DNA of 64,000 bases from Cyanophyceae cyanobacterium. Its GTDB lineage: Bacteria > Cyanobacteriota > Cyanobacteriia > Cyanobacteriales > JBHJGN01. Position numbers and translations under genes: made by a program. The stretch is taken from assembly GCA_050331735.1 (NCBI GenBank), contig JBHJGN010000066.1:1-64000 (forward strand), read 5' to 3'. Shown one piece after another: positions 11,181-20,876 of this stretch (position 1 is its first letter; each line of letters starts with the position of its first letter). A model generated the notes under the pieces. The model made no database searches. It was not told the origin of the DNA and saw only the letters and a list, made by a program, of their open reading frames with translations.

Positions 11181-12110
11181 ATGACAAATCATCCCAAAAT
11201 TTTGATCGTCGGTTCCGGCGCTTGGGGAACCGCCCTGGCCCAGTTAGCCTCTCGCAATGGTCATCCAGTCCGGCTGTGGTCGCGGCGCAGCGAGGAAAGG
11301 ATCGAAGCAGCGATCGCCGATGTGGACGTGGTGCTGTCTGCCGTTTCTAGCCAAGGAGTAAGACCCACCATTGAAAGACTGCCCGACCTTGCTGCCAATC
11401 TCATTTTGATCACCGCCACCAAAGGCTTAGATCCCCTCACCACTTGCACTCCCTCGCAGCTTTGGCAAGATGCCTTTCCTCAGCAGGCAGTGGTTGTTTT
11501 ATCCGGACCCAATTTATCTAAAGAAATCCGTCAAGGGTTGCCCGCTGCGACGGTGGTTGCCAGTCAGTATGAAGACGCAGCACAAACAGTCCAAACAATT
11601 TTTAATTCCGAAACTTTTCGAGTTTACGTCAATGCCGATCCGCTAGGAACCGAACTCGGGGGAACGTTAAAAAATGTGATGGCGATCGCTGCGGGAGTTT
11701 GTGATGGAATTCAGCTTGGCACTAATGCCAAATCGGGGTTACTAACGCGAGCGCTACCGGAGATGATTCGCGTGGGAACTCGTTTAGGCGCATCGGCAGA
11801 AACTTTTTTTGGGCTATCCGGCTTAGGCGACCTCCTGGCAACCTGTAACAGCCCTCTCTCCCGAAATTACCAAGTAGGATTCGGATTGGCGCAAGGTAAA
11901 GCACTGACGCAAATTTTAGCCGAGATTGAAGGAACAGCAGAGGGAGTGAATACCACAAAGGTTCTGATGGAGTTAGCGCAGCAGCAGGAGGTGACGGTCC
12001 CCATCACTCGTCAGGTCTATCGGCTGCTAGAGGGAGAAATCACGCCCCAAGAAGCCGTAAAAGCTTTGATGGAACGAGCCCCCAAGCAAGAATTTAAAGA
12101 TTTTTTCTAA
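11181..12110 (+). CDS. gpsA: NAD(P)H-dependent glycerol-3-phosphate dehydrogenase
   Basis: GSGAWGTALA, LSGPN, LKNVMAIAAG, GLGDLLATC..SRN. Confidence 0.95.
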   Translation: MTNHPKILIVGSGAWGTALAQLASRNGHPVRLWSRRSEERIEAAIADVDVVLSAVSSQGVRPTIERLPDLAANLILITATKGLDPLTTCTPSQLWQDAFPQQAVVVLSGPNLSKEIRQGLPAATVVASQYEDAAQTVQTIFNSETFRVYVNADPLGTELGGTLKNVMAIAAGVCDGIQLGTNAKSGLLTRALPEMIRVGTRLGASAETFFGLSGLGDLLATCNSPLSRNYQVGFGLAQGKALTQILAEIEGTAEGVNTTKVLMELAQQQEVTVPITRQVYRLLEGEITPQEAVKALMERAPKQEFKDFF

Positions 12111-12223
12111 AGGATTGCAGTCTCGAGTGGCGTGAGGTGAGAGCAAAGGCAAGAGATGCATCAATTTTATCAATGACTAGAACCCTACTCCATTATTTTA
12201 CGTCAGGTAGGTAGGCTAGGAAG

Positions 12224-13762
12224 GTGCAATCAGCGCAGCCATACTACGAGGTTGCTCAGGCTCTTAAGTTTAGGAAGATGCGAGCGGTGTTGAAGACGAG
12301 CAAAAATCAGCAAAAAACATCGTATAGATTTCAAACTCGTATTTTGGCGGTATATTGCTTATTAATTCTGTGCTCTTTTGCCGGGGCAGTCTTAGCGATT
12401 CGTCGAGATTTATTGTTACGGCTTGAGGCGAGGATCGAGCAGGCGCTCAACCAAGAAATTCAGGAATTACAGCTATTAGTACAGGGCAAAGACCCTGAAA
12501 CAGCACAACCGTTTGGGAATAATATTACGGCTATTTTTGACGTTTTTCTAAGACGAAATATTCCCATTTCTAACGAATACACCATTGCCTTACTTCCCAA
12601 TGGCTTTTATGACTCCGTTCCTGCCAACTTGCCTCCCTCAATCGCTCGCGACTCTGCTATGGTCAGACACTGGCAACAGCTCACTGTATCAGAACGGGGG
12701 AAAGTAGAGGGGTCTCAAGACCAAATTGTTTATTTAGCCGAACCCATTGCTATTGACGGCAAAATTAGGGGGGTATTTGTGGTAGCAATTGCTACTCGGA
12801 GCGAACTTCAAGAGGTCAGAGAAGCGATTTTAACAATTATTCGCGTCACTACGGTCGCCGCAGTGATTACTTCGGTGTTGGCCTGGATTTTCGCCGGTCG
12901 AATCTTAAATCCTCTCCGTTTATTGACTAAAACGGCACGAGCCATTAGCGAAAATAATTTGGACCAACGCATCCCTGTACAGGGAAATGATGAAGTTGCT
13001 CAGCTAAGCACAACATTTAATGAGATGTTGCAGCGATTACAGTCAGCATTTGTAAGTCAACGACAATTTTTGAATGATGTCGGCCACGAACTGAGAACTC
13101 CCATTACGATTGTTCAAGGTCATCTGGAATTGATGGGGGATACTCCCCAAGAACAACAGGAAACCAAGAAAATTATTGCAGATGAATTAGAACGGATGAA
13201 CCGCCTGATTGCTGATCTGTTGCTCTTGGCCAAATCCGAACAACCAGATTTCTTGCACCTAGAATCGGTTGAGCTGAGAACGTTGACTGAAGAAATTTAT
13301 GACAGAGCAAGAGCGCTTGCCCCTCGGCATTGGCAATTAGAAACAGTCGGAACGGGTATTATCCTTGCAGATCGTCAGCGATTAGTGCAGGCAGTGACTA
13401 ATTTAGCTCAAAATGCGACTAAACATACCACAACGGCAGGGACCATTGCCATTGGTTCTGCTATTCAGAAAAAAACCGTTCATTTCTGGGTACGAGATAC
13501 GGGAACGGGAATTGCGATGGCCGACCAACAGCGTATTTTCGAGCGTTTTCAGACAGGAGTGAGTAGAGATGGAGCCAGAAGTACGGGATTAGGTCTTGCG
13601 ATTGTCAGCGCGATTGTCCAAGCCCACGACGGACGGATTGCCCTGTATAGCCAGCCTGGTGTCGGCTCAACTTTTACCCTGATTCTTCCGATTCTAGCTC
13701 CTCTAAAAAGAGCGAGTCACACCGACAGTACCAAACTTCATTCCTTGATGGCCGATCGCTAA
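12224..13762 (+). CDS. Membrane sensor histidine kinase (HAMP-HisKA-HATPase), no adjacent response regulator
   Basis: 2 TM helices, HAMP, H-box HELRTP, N-box NLAQNA, DTGTG, GLGLAIV; start uncertain. Confidence 0.92.
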   Translation: MQSAQPYYEVAQALKFRKMRAVLKTSKNQQKTSYRFQTRILAVYCLLILCSFAGAVLAIRRDLLLRLEARIEQALNQEIQELQLLVQGKDPETAQPFGNNITAIFDVFLRRNIPISNEYTIALLPNGFYDSVPANLPPSIARDSAMVRHWQQLTVSERGKVEGSQDQIVYLAEPIAIDGKIRGVFVVAIATRSELQEVREAILTIIRVTTVAAVITSVLAWIFAGRILNPLRLLTKTARAISENNLDQRIPVQGNDEVAQLSTTFNEMLQRLQSAFVSQRQFLNDVGHELRTPITIVQGHLELMGDTPQEQQETKKIIADELERMNRLIADLLLLAKSEQPDFLHLESVELRTLTEEIYDRARALAPRHWQLETVGTGIILADRQRLVQAVTNLAQNATKHTTTAGTIAIGSAIQKKTVHFWVRDTGTGIAMADQQRIFERFQTGVSRDGARSTGLGLAIVSAIVQAHDGRIALYSQPGVGSTFTLILPILAPLKRASHTDSTKLHSLMADR

Positions 13763-13799
13763 AATGCTCTTGTTAGTGTCAATTATTTCTAATCGTGAC

Positions 13800-15305
13800 T
13801 CACCGAGTATAGCGATGCTTCACGCCGAGGGGAAAATCGTCGCGATCGCCTGGGGGCTTCAGCGTCACTTGGGGGTGCTGTCGTTCTGGCGGAACGTAGT
13901 TAGCAAACTCGCTGTTGAGGCGCAGCAACTGTTCTTGAATAGCAGTAGCAATGCGCTGCCGCTTGTCTTCGCTGTCAGTCACTCCGGGGGCTAGCTCAAC
14001 GGTGATCGCTAAATAGACGTTGTGATCGCTATCCTCTTTCACCTCCATGACAAATTTGCCCGTCACCCACTCCTGAATCTCCGACTGTTCCAGTCCTACC
14101 GTCACGTTTTCTGGATAGATATTTGCGCCAAAGTAGGAAATAGTAAAGTGCGATCGCCCAAACACATACACAAAGGGCAGCGGATAGACCCTCCCAGAAT
14201 CCAACTCTTGGAGAGGCTCGAAGCCCCATTCTTGCAAAAACTCCAGCATGTCTTCCAAAAACTCCAGCATGTCTTCGTAGGGAATGATGCCGCCGCGATC
14301 GCAAATATGGTAGCGAATTAGCGGAATGCCGTTATCGCCAGAAAACAGCAGCGTACCGTCTACCACTTCAAAAAAGCGGCTGAGCGGATCGTACTGCACC
14401 AAAGTTGGTAACCGAGACTCACCAAACAAAGTCCGGGCCACGTCGGGATGAGCCGCCAGAAAGCGACGAATACAGATGCTCAAGGGAGTTTCGTTGCCTA
14501 GCACACCAGCATCCGCTGTTCCGTAGAGAGAAGCGGAGTCGTAGCAAGGATTCACTGAGCCAATTCGTTTGCCAACTAAGCTGCGCCACTCTTCGCTAAA
14601 CACTTGTCCTGCCATTATTAGCTACACAGCGTAACGCTGCCATTCGATGCCCTCTGCCCTGCCGCTATCGATCACATCTTTAAGGAAAGGAGGATAGCCC
14701 AATAGAACAACTTGCTCAAAATCAGGGGCCAGTTGCTGCACGACGCGGAGAATTTCTGTTTTGTTGTTGCCGGGAGTAATCACAGTGATGGGATACCCTT
14801 TCGCGGCCAGATGACGACAGCAGCTAGCGGTATAAATCCCGCCTACCCAGGTGCCGAGGCTAAAGCAGACAACAGCTAGAGTAGGAACATTGGCTCCAAA
14901 ATCGCGGAAAATCTGCTCAAAGCGAGTGGCGATCTGAAATTCATCGGTGAGAAAGCGGGGCCAAAATGTTGGCGCACCAGTAGAACCCGAAGACACTGCA
15001 ATCAGATCGCACTTTTCCAAGCGTCCGTGACGACACAGCGCCGAGAGCGCATGCTGCTGCAAATAGTTGGCTTTCGTTGTCAGCGGTAACGATTGAAAAT
15101 CGGCAAAGGTTTGAATGGCGTTTGCGTCGATCTGATGTTCTTTTAAAAAAGCTTGATACGCAGGAACCGTCTCAGCCACCTGCTGAAACAGCTTAACAGC
15201 AGCAGCTTGAGCATCGACGCGGGTAGCTTGATGGAGCCGCGTATCGAGAGGAGTGCTCAGAAAGGTTTGCCAAGCATCAAGAACTCGTTGCGATTGGTTT
15301 TGCAT
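13800..15305 (-). pseudogene. Phenylacetate-CoA ligase family (PaaK-like) gene interrupted by an in-frame TAG
   Basis: ORFs 14622..15305 and 13800..14615 share one frame (…QRYAV*LIMAGQVFSEEW…); SSGSTG, LYGTAD and IRYHICD motifs. Confidence 0.85.
14235..14276. repeat. Perfect 21-bp tandem duplication (CAAAAACTCCAGCATGTCTTC x2)
   Basis: Read directly; gives EDMLEFL-EDMLEFL in the PaaK-like pseudogene. Confidence 0.95.
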
Positions 15306-15627
15306 AGTCTTTAAATGACCTAGAGGTTAAAAGCTATTAGCTATGACTAGCAATTCCGCAATTTTGTATCTGAGCTTTTTGTTAATTGTTGATTGTTCAT
15401 AGTTCATCGCTACTATAGTCCCTCCCACTGGCTTACCGTAATTTCTCCAGTTCCCCCGCTCTAAACTATCTTAAATTATTACTATTTAAAAACCGAGTTT
15501 ACCTAATGCAAGTATTCATTACCATTCAGCCAACTACCCTCCTCGTTTCGGTATAGCGATTTGTTGGGCTGCTGAATAACAGGTGGAGATTAGATAGGTG
15601 CCTTCAGCATTTTTGCATTATAGTATA

Positions 15628-15648
15628 AAACGAACTCTCAGTACGTTT
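15628..15648. promoter_or_regulatory. Dyad operator copy 1 (AAACGAAC-TCTCA-GTACGTTT) upstream of the methyltransferase
   Basis: Near-palindrome 6 nt before ATG 15655, just after a -10-like TAGTAT; matches the copies at 17497 and 17547. Confidence 0.7.
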
Positions 15649-15654
15649 ATCTAT

Positions 15655-16653
15655 ATGCCTCTTTCAAATCCTCTGTACACTACGGACTATGGTGCCGCGT
15701 ATGTAGGTAATTCACTTTTATTACTCGATCAGCTTGAAGACGATTCTGTTGACTTAGTATTAACTTCCCCACCTTTTGCCCTTCAGCGTAAAAAGACTTA
15801 CGGTAATGTAGAGCAAGAGGATTATGTTAACTGGCTTTGTGAGTTTTGCAAGAAAGTTCATAGAGTTCTCTCTCCAACAGGAAGCTTTATTCTTGACTTA
15901 GGTGGAGCTTATCAAAGTAAACGCCCTGTTCGCTCGCTTTATAACTATCGTATTCTGATTAAACTTTGTGATGAATTAGAATTTAGACTTGCTGAAGAAT
16001 TCTTTTGGTTTAATCCAGCAAAGCTACCATCACCAATTGAGTGGGTTAATAAACGAAAAATTCGAGCAAAAGATTCTGTAAATACAGTTTGGTGGTTATC
16101 GAAATGCGATAACCCTAAAGCTAACGTAAGTAATGTTTTAGTTCCTTATTCTGAGCGCATGAAAAAGTTACAAGCTAATCCTCAAAAGTATTATAAACCT
16201 AAAGAAAGACCTTCAGGTCATGATATTAGTAAAAGCTTTGCTACTGATAATGGTGGTGCTATTCCTTCTAATCTACTGGAAATCCCAAATACAGAAAGCA
16301 ATTCTAGCTATATTCGAATGTGCAAATCTATCTCTGTAGCTCCCCATCCTGCAAGATTTCCTCAGAAGCTACCAACGTTTTTTATTAAGTTTTTAACTGA
16401 ACCTGGAGATAAAGTCTTAGATATATTTGCAGGCTCAAACACAACGGGATTTGCCGCTGAAAAGCTAGAAAGAAGATGGGTGGCTTTTGAAGAAAACTCT
16501 GCCTACCTCGCTGCATCTGCTTTTCGTTTTCTAAGCAAATTTGAGAATCCAAAGGATGCTCTTGCTCTTTACAAAAATCTTCTCCTTCAACAAGAGCCAA
16601 TCTGCATAAACCAATCAAAGCAATTAGTTATAAAGTTAGATGCTTCAACTTAA
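15655..16653 (+). CDS. N4-cytosine DNA methyltransferase, M.PvuII-like (predicted target CAGCTG)
   Basis: TSPPFALQRKK.YGN, FNP.KLPSPIEWVNKRKIR.KD, RPSGHDI.KSF..DNGG.IP, HPARFP, DIFAGSNTTG; closely follows M.PvuII as recalled. Confidence 0.92.
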   Translation: MPLSNPLYTTDYGAAYVGNSLLLLDQLEDDSVDLVLTSPPFALQRKKTYGNVEQEDYVNWLCEFCKKVHRVLSPTGSFILDLGGAYQSKRPVRSLYNYRILIKLCDELEFRLAEEFFWFNPAKLPSPIEWVNKRKIRAKDSVNTVWWLSKCDNPKANVSNVLVPYSERMKKLQANPQKYYKPKERPSGHDISKSFATDNGGAIPSNLLEIPNTESNSSYIRMCKSISVAPHPARFPQKLPTFFIKFLTEPGDKVLDIFAGSNTTGFAAEKLERRWVAFEENSAYLAASAFRFLSKFENPKDALALYKNLLLQQEPICINQSKQLVIKLDAST

Positions 16654-16673
16654 ATCAGCAAATCAACTTGTGG

Positions 16674-17489
16674 CTACTCATTGCTTTGAGGATAGACTAG
16701 TTCACCTTCCTTTTCTATCAAACTTAAAGGAATTTTAGGATTATTAATAGACTCTATGCCTCCAAGGATTCTAGATTCCCAGTAGCTGAATTTAGGTTCT
16801 AGGGATGCTGGGTCAACCTTATAAATAGCTTTCAATGTTATTCCCTCGTAAACAGCAACGTACCAAGCTTTTACATCTCTATATTTGGCAAGAATATCCA
16901 AATTGAGATGATGGTGTGTAGTTACACTTCTGCTTAGGAGTTTGTTAATTGTCTTTAACTCATACTCATTTTCTTCTGCATCAATTGCATTATTTCCTTC
17001 ACGCCCAGGCGATATCCGTAAACCAAGTAGAATTAGCACTTGAAGTACTTTGCCACCGTTATCTTGAAAAACGTCATTGATACCATACTCACTCGCAAGG
17101 CTCTGTAACTCCTGTATGGCTTCTAGTGCTGTTTGTAAACGTTCTAAATCAGAGCGACGCTCTTTAGATGTATTAATTGGTTCTTCAACAGGCTCAACAA
17201 GAGAAGGAGGAACTACGGGAGACTGTAATTCAGTAAGGAAGCTAGTACTGACAACCGATTGATTGGTAACGTACATCAAGTATGGTACTGATACATCAAG
17301 AGCTTCAGCAACATCGATAATTGTTTCAAAGGATGGAGCGCGTTCACCACGTTCTATGTAGCTAACATGCTCAATAGATTTGTTAAGGCGTTCTGCCAGT
17401 TGTTCCTGGGTGATTCCTCGTGCTTTACGAAGTGTCTGAACCCTCTCTCCAAAAAGCTGTTTAGCTTTCTCATGTTTTTTGGAAGTCAT
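16674..17489 (-). CDS. Controller (XRE HTH) - PvuII-family restriction endonuclease fusion
   Basis: N-terminal HTH (LRKARGITQEQLAERL…SYIERGERAPS), Pro-rich linker, then GIND.FQDNGGK.LQVL, PGREGN, EYELK, THHH.N, INNPKIP as in R.PvuII. Confidence 0.9.
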   Translation of the reverse strand: MTSKKHEKAKQLFGERVQTLRKARGITQEQLAERLNKSIEHVSYIERGERAPSFETIIDVAEALDVSVPYLMYVTNQSVVSTSFLTELQSPVVPPSLVEPVEEPINTSKERRSDLERLQTALEAIQELQSLASEYGINDVFQDNGGKVLQVLILLGLRISPGREGNNAIDAEENEYELKTINKLLSRSVTTHHHLNLDILAKYRDVKAWYVAVYEGITLKAIYKVDPASLEPKFSYWESRILGGIESINNPKIPLSLIEKEGELVYPQSNE

Positions 17490-17496
17490 ACGGCTA

Positions 17497-17567
17497 AAAC
17501 GAACCGAAAGTACGTTTCGAATCGTATGAAACGACTAGCAATAACAGAACGAACTCAAAGTACGTTT
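17497..17567. promoter_or_regulatory. Two dyad operator copies (17497-17517, 17547-17567) upstream of the C-R fusion; putative C-boxes
   Basis: AAACGAAC-CGAAA-GTACGTTT and GAACGAAC-TCAAA-GTACGTTT, 50 bp apart; the proximal copy is 7 nt from the ATG. Confidence 0.72.
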
Positions 17568-17690
17568 TATTAGTCTGCTGTCATAGCTAATCTTAAAGTG
17601 CTCCTTTTAAGGTTGATATCCCTAACTAAATTCATTAACACTTTGAAAATGCATCCCTTACCCCTCACCAATTAAGACAAGCAGCTTAAC

Positions 17691-19184
17691 TTAGTACTCA
17701 ATCCATCCCTGAGCGCGTTCAACCGCTCTTTGCCAGATGGCAAAATTTTCTTGTGCTTGAGCGGTTCCTGCTCCTGGCTCGAAAATCCGCTCAATCTTGC
17801 GGCTGGCGACTAATTCTTGATAGCTATCCCAGAAACCCGCCGTTAATCCGGCCCCAAACGCTGCTCCTTGAGCCGTCGCTTCTAAAATTGCTGGACGTTC
17901 AATGGGAATCCCGAGGGCATCCGCCTGAAACTGCATCAGAAAATTGTTTTCTGAGGCACCACCATCGACTTTGAGCCGCGATACCGGGGCATCGTCTTGG
18001 GTAATGGCCTCAACGACTTCTTTAACCTGATAGGCGATCGCCTCCAGCACTGAGCGCACCAAATGTTCTCGCTTGACTCCCCCGGTAAGGCCCAAAAAAG
18101 CACCGCGAGCGCTAGAATCCCAGTGAGGAGTGCCTAAGCCGCTAAATCCCGGGACAAAATAGACTCCGTTCGTATCGGGAACCTGTTGGGCTAGGGACTC
18201 GGTTTCCGCTGCTGTTTGAATCAACTTCAGCCCATCCCGCAGCCACTGCACACAAGCTCCGGTAGTAAACATGGCTCCTTCTAAGGCATAGTTGACCGCG
18301 CCGTTTTGGGTTGTCCAGGCAACGGTAGACAGCAGCCGATGCTGGGAGCGAACGAGGGAGCCAGTTTGGGCGACTAAAAAGCAGCCAGTGCCGTAGGTGC
18401 ATTTCAGTAACCCAGGGCGATCGCAGCCGTGGGCAAACAGTGCCGCCTGCTGATCGCCAAAAACCGCCGTAATGGGAATTTCTGTGCCCAACAAAGTGGC
18501 ATCGCTCACGCCAAAGAAGCCTAAACTCGGGCGAATTTCCGGCATCATCCGGGCTGGAATCTCAAATAAGTTTAGCAGCGTTTCATCCCACTCTCTAGCA
18601 ACGAGGTTCATCAACATCGTGCGGCTGGCGTTGCTTGTGTCGGTGGCGTGAACTTTACCGCCAGTGAGGTTCCACAGGATCCAGCTATCAATCGTTCCGG
18701 CGATAACGTTATCCACCTCCTTAAGCTTCGGCCTCAGCCAGTCCAATAGCCACGCCAGCTTAGTCGCTGAAAAATAGGCATCGACAATTAGTCCGGTGCG
18801 TTCCTGAATTTCCGGGCCTTTTCCTTGATTGACTAACCGACGGCAGGCGGAGGCAGTGCGCCGATCTTGCCAGACAATGGCGTTGTGCAGAGGTTGCCCG
18901 GTTGTTCGGTCCCACAGCAGGCAGGTTTCCCGCTGTACCGTTAATCCAATGGCGGCTACCTGGGCGGCGGCAATGCCTTGAGTTTGCAGAACCTGCTGAA
19001 TACACTTCTGGGTATCTCGCCAAATTTCCTGGGGGTCGTGTTCTAGCCACCCGGGTTGAGGATAGGATTGAGTCAATTCTTGATAAGCCTGAGCCGCGAT
19101 CGCTCCTCGGCGATCGAACAAAATAGCGCGGTTGCCCGTTGTGCCGAGATCGAGTCCGAGAACATACTGGGGGTGATTCGTCAT
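17691..19184 (-). CDS. glpK: Glycerol kinase
   Basis: DLGTTG, QRET, AIVWQDRRT, YFSATK, TDTSNASRT, GDQQAALF, KCTYGTG. Confidence 0.96.
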   Translation of the reverse strand: MTNHPQYVLGLDLGTTGNRAILFDRRGAIAAQAYQELTQSYPQPGWLEHDPQEIWRDTQKCIQQVLQTQGIAAAQVAAIGLTVQRETCLLWDRTTGQPLHNAIVWQDRRTASACRRLVNQGKGPEIQERTGLIVDAYFSATKLAWLLDWLRPKLKEVDNVIAGTIDSWILWNLTGGKVHATDTSNASRTMLMNLVAREWDETLLNLFEIPARMMPEIRPSLGFFGVSDATLLGTEIPITAVFGDQQAALFAHGCDRPGLLKCTYGTGCFLVAQTGSLVRSQHRLLSTVAWTTQNGAVNYALEGAMFTTGACVQWLRDGLKLIQTAAETESLAQQVPDTNGVYFVPGFSGLGTPHWDSSARGAFLGLTGGVKREHLVRSVLEAIAYQVKEVVEAITQDDAPVSRLKVDGGASENNFLMQFQADALGIPIERPAILEATAQGAAFGAGLTAGFWDSYQELVASRKIERIFEPGAGTAQAQENFAIWQRAVERAQGWIEY

Positions 19185-19291
19185 GACCTTTCTCTACCAA
19201 TTTGGGTGAATCCCGAATGGAGTAGTATGATGAGTTGGCGAAACTAGGTTTGCCAATCCTGAGATCGCCACCTCAACTGTTGTTTTAGCTT

Positions 19292-20662
19292 ATGACAAAA
19301 TTAACCCCCAACCCTAGTTTCAGCGTGGCGATTCGCCTCGAACTGCCCAATCAGGCGGGCGCTTTGGCTGCTGTTGTCAGCGCGATCGCGGACGCAGGCG
19401 GCAATCTCGGCCCGATTACGCTTGTGGAGCAAAATCTGAAACTGACTCACCGCGAACTAACCGTCGATGCCTTCAGCGACGATCATGCTCAACAGATTGT
19501 CGCCGCCATCAAAGCCATAGCGACGGTAAAGGTGCTAGACGTCTGCGATCGCACGTTTCGTCTTCATCAAGGCGGGAAGCTGCGGGTCGAGTGTCGGCAG
19601 CCGCTCACGTCTCAGTCGGATTTGGCAATGGCGTATACGCCGGGAGTAGGGAGAATTTGTCGGGCGATCGCTGCCGATCCGCAACAGGTTTTCTCCCTGA
19701 CGATTAAAAGCAATACGGTGGCCATTGTCACAGACGGCAGTGCCGTTCTGGGCTTGGGAAACTTAGGCCCTCAAGCGGCACTCCCGGTGATGGAGGGCAA
19801 AGCGATGCTGTTTAAAGAGTTTGCTGGCATTGACGCTTTCCCAATTTGTTTAGACACTCAGGATCCTGAAACCATTATTGCCACCGTCAAAAATATCGCT
19901 CCAGTATTTGGCGGCGTGAATTTAGAAGATATTAGCGCCCCTCGCTGCTTTGAAATTGAACAGCGACTGAAGCAAGAACTCGATATTCCAGTCTTTCACG
20001 ACGATCAGCACGGGACGGCTATTGTGGTTCTGGCAGCGCTCTATAACGCCCTCAAACTAGTCCAGAAGCCCCTAGAAAGCATCAAAATCGTCATCAATGG
20101 AGCGGGAGCTGCCGGAGTGGCGATCGCCCGCCTGCTGCGTCAAGCCGGAGCCAAAACCGTGTGGCTGTGCGACTCGCAAGGCATCGTTTCCACTCAGCGG
20201 AGCAAGTTAACTGCCCAAAAGCAAGAGCTGGCAGTTAGGGAAAGTGGCTCTCTCTCCGATGCCCTGCAAGGAGCCGATGTCTTTTTAGGAGTGAGCGTTC
20301 CCGACGTGGTTACCCAGGAGATGGTGCGCTCGATGGCCTCTCAGCCGATTGTGTTTGCTATGGCCAACCCAATTCCAGAAATTCAGCCCGAACTGATTCG
20401 CGAGGATGCGGCGGTTATCGCCACCGGGCGCAGTGACTATCCCAATCAAATCAACAACGTGCTGGCCTTTCCAGGGGTGTTTCGGGGAGCCCTAGACTGT
20501 CGGGCCACAGAAATTACTACGTCAATGCAGCTAGAAGCCGCGCGAGCGATCGCCGCTCTAGTCTCGTCTGAGCAGCAAGGCCCGGAAAACATTATTCCTT
20601 CCGTGTTTGATGCGAGAGTGGCTCCGGCTGTGGCAGCAGCGGTACAGCAGGCAGTGAGATAG
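19292..20662 (+). CDS. Malic enzyme with N-terminal ACT domain
   Basis: AYTPGV, GKAMLFK, NLEDI, FHDDQHGTA, GAGAAG, TGRSDYPNQINN. Confidence 0.94.
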   Translation: MTKLTPNPSFSVAIRLELPNQAGALAAVVSAIADAGGNLGPITLVEQNLKLTHRELTVDAFSDDHAQQIVAAIKAIATVKVLDVCDRTFRLHQGGKLRVECRQPLTSQSDLAMAYTPGVGRICRAIAADPQQVFSLTIKSNTVAIVTDGSAVLGLGNLGPQAALPVMEGKAMLFKEFAGIDAFPICLDTQDPETIIATVKNIAPVFGGVNLEDISAPRCFEIEQRLKQELDIPVFHDDQHGTAIVVLAALYNALKLVQKPLESIKIVINGAGAAGVAIARLLRQAGAKTVWLCDSQGIVSTQRSKLTAQKQELAVRESGSLSDALQGADVFLGVSVPDVVTQEMVRSMASQPIVFAMANPIPEIQPELIREDAAVIATGRSDYPNQINNVLAFPGVFRGALDCRATEITTSMQLEAARAIAALVSSEQQGPENIIPSVFDARVAPAVAAAVQQAVR

Positions 20663-20876
20663 ACAGCGCCATGACCACGATAGCGAATCAAGATCCAGAG
20701 GTTAAACTAGCTGTAGGTAACAATTTCCCTGGCTAGCTAAAGTGACAGAGCTACCATCCATAGCTCTAATGGTCAGTATTTAAATCTGTTACCGTACATA
20801 ACGCTGACTCTGCTTTTTCTACTATTAAAGTGTAAAAAGTCAGATTAGTCTGAAGCAGAGGATCATCACAAGATTA

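Noticed and set aside
17497..17567. Two 21-bp repeats 50 bp apart as a mini-CRISPR array
   Set aside because: Only two units, internal spacer of the repeat varies, no cas genes; better explained as operators
20640..20675. Malic enzyme C-terminus possibly a few residues short
   Set aside because: All catalytic motifs are present; truncation cannot be shown without an alignment
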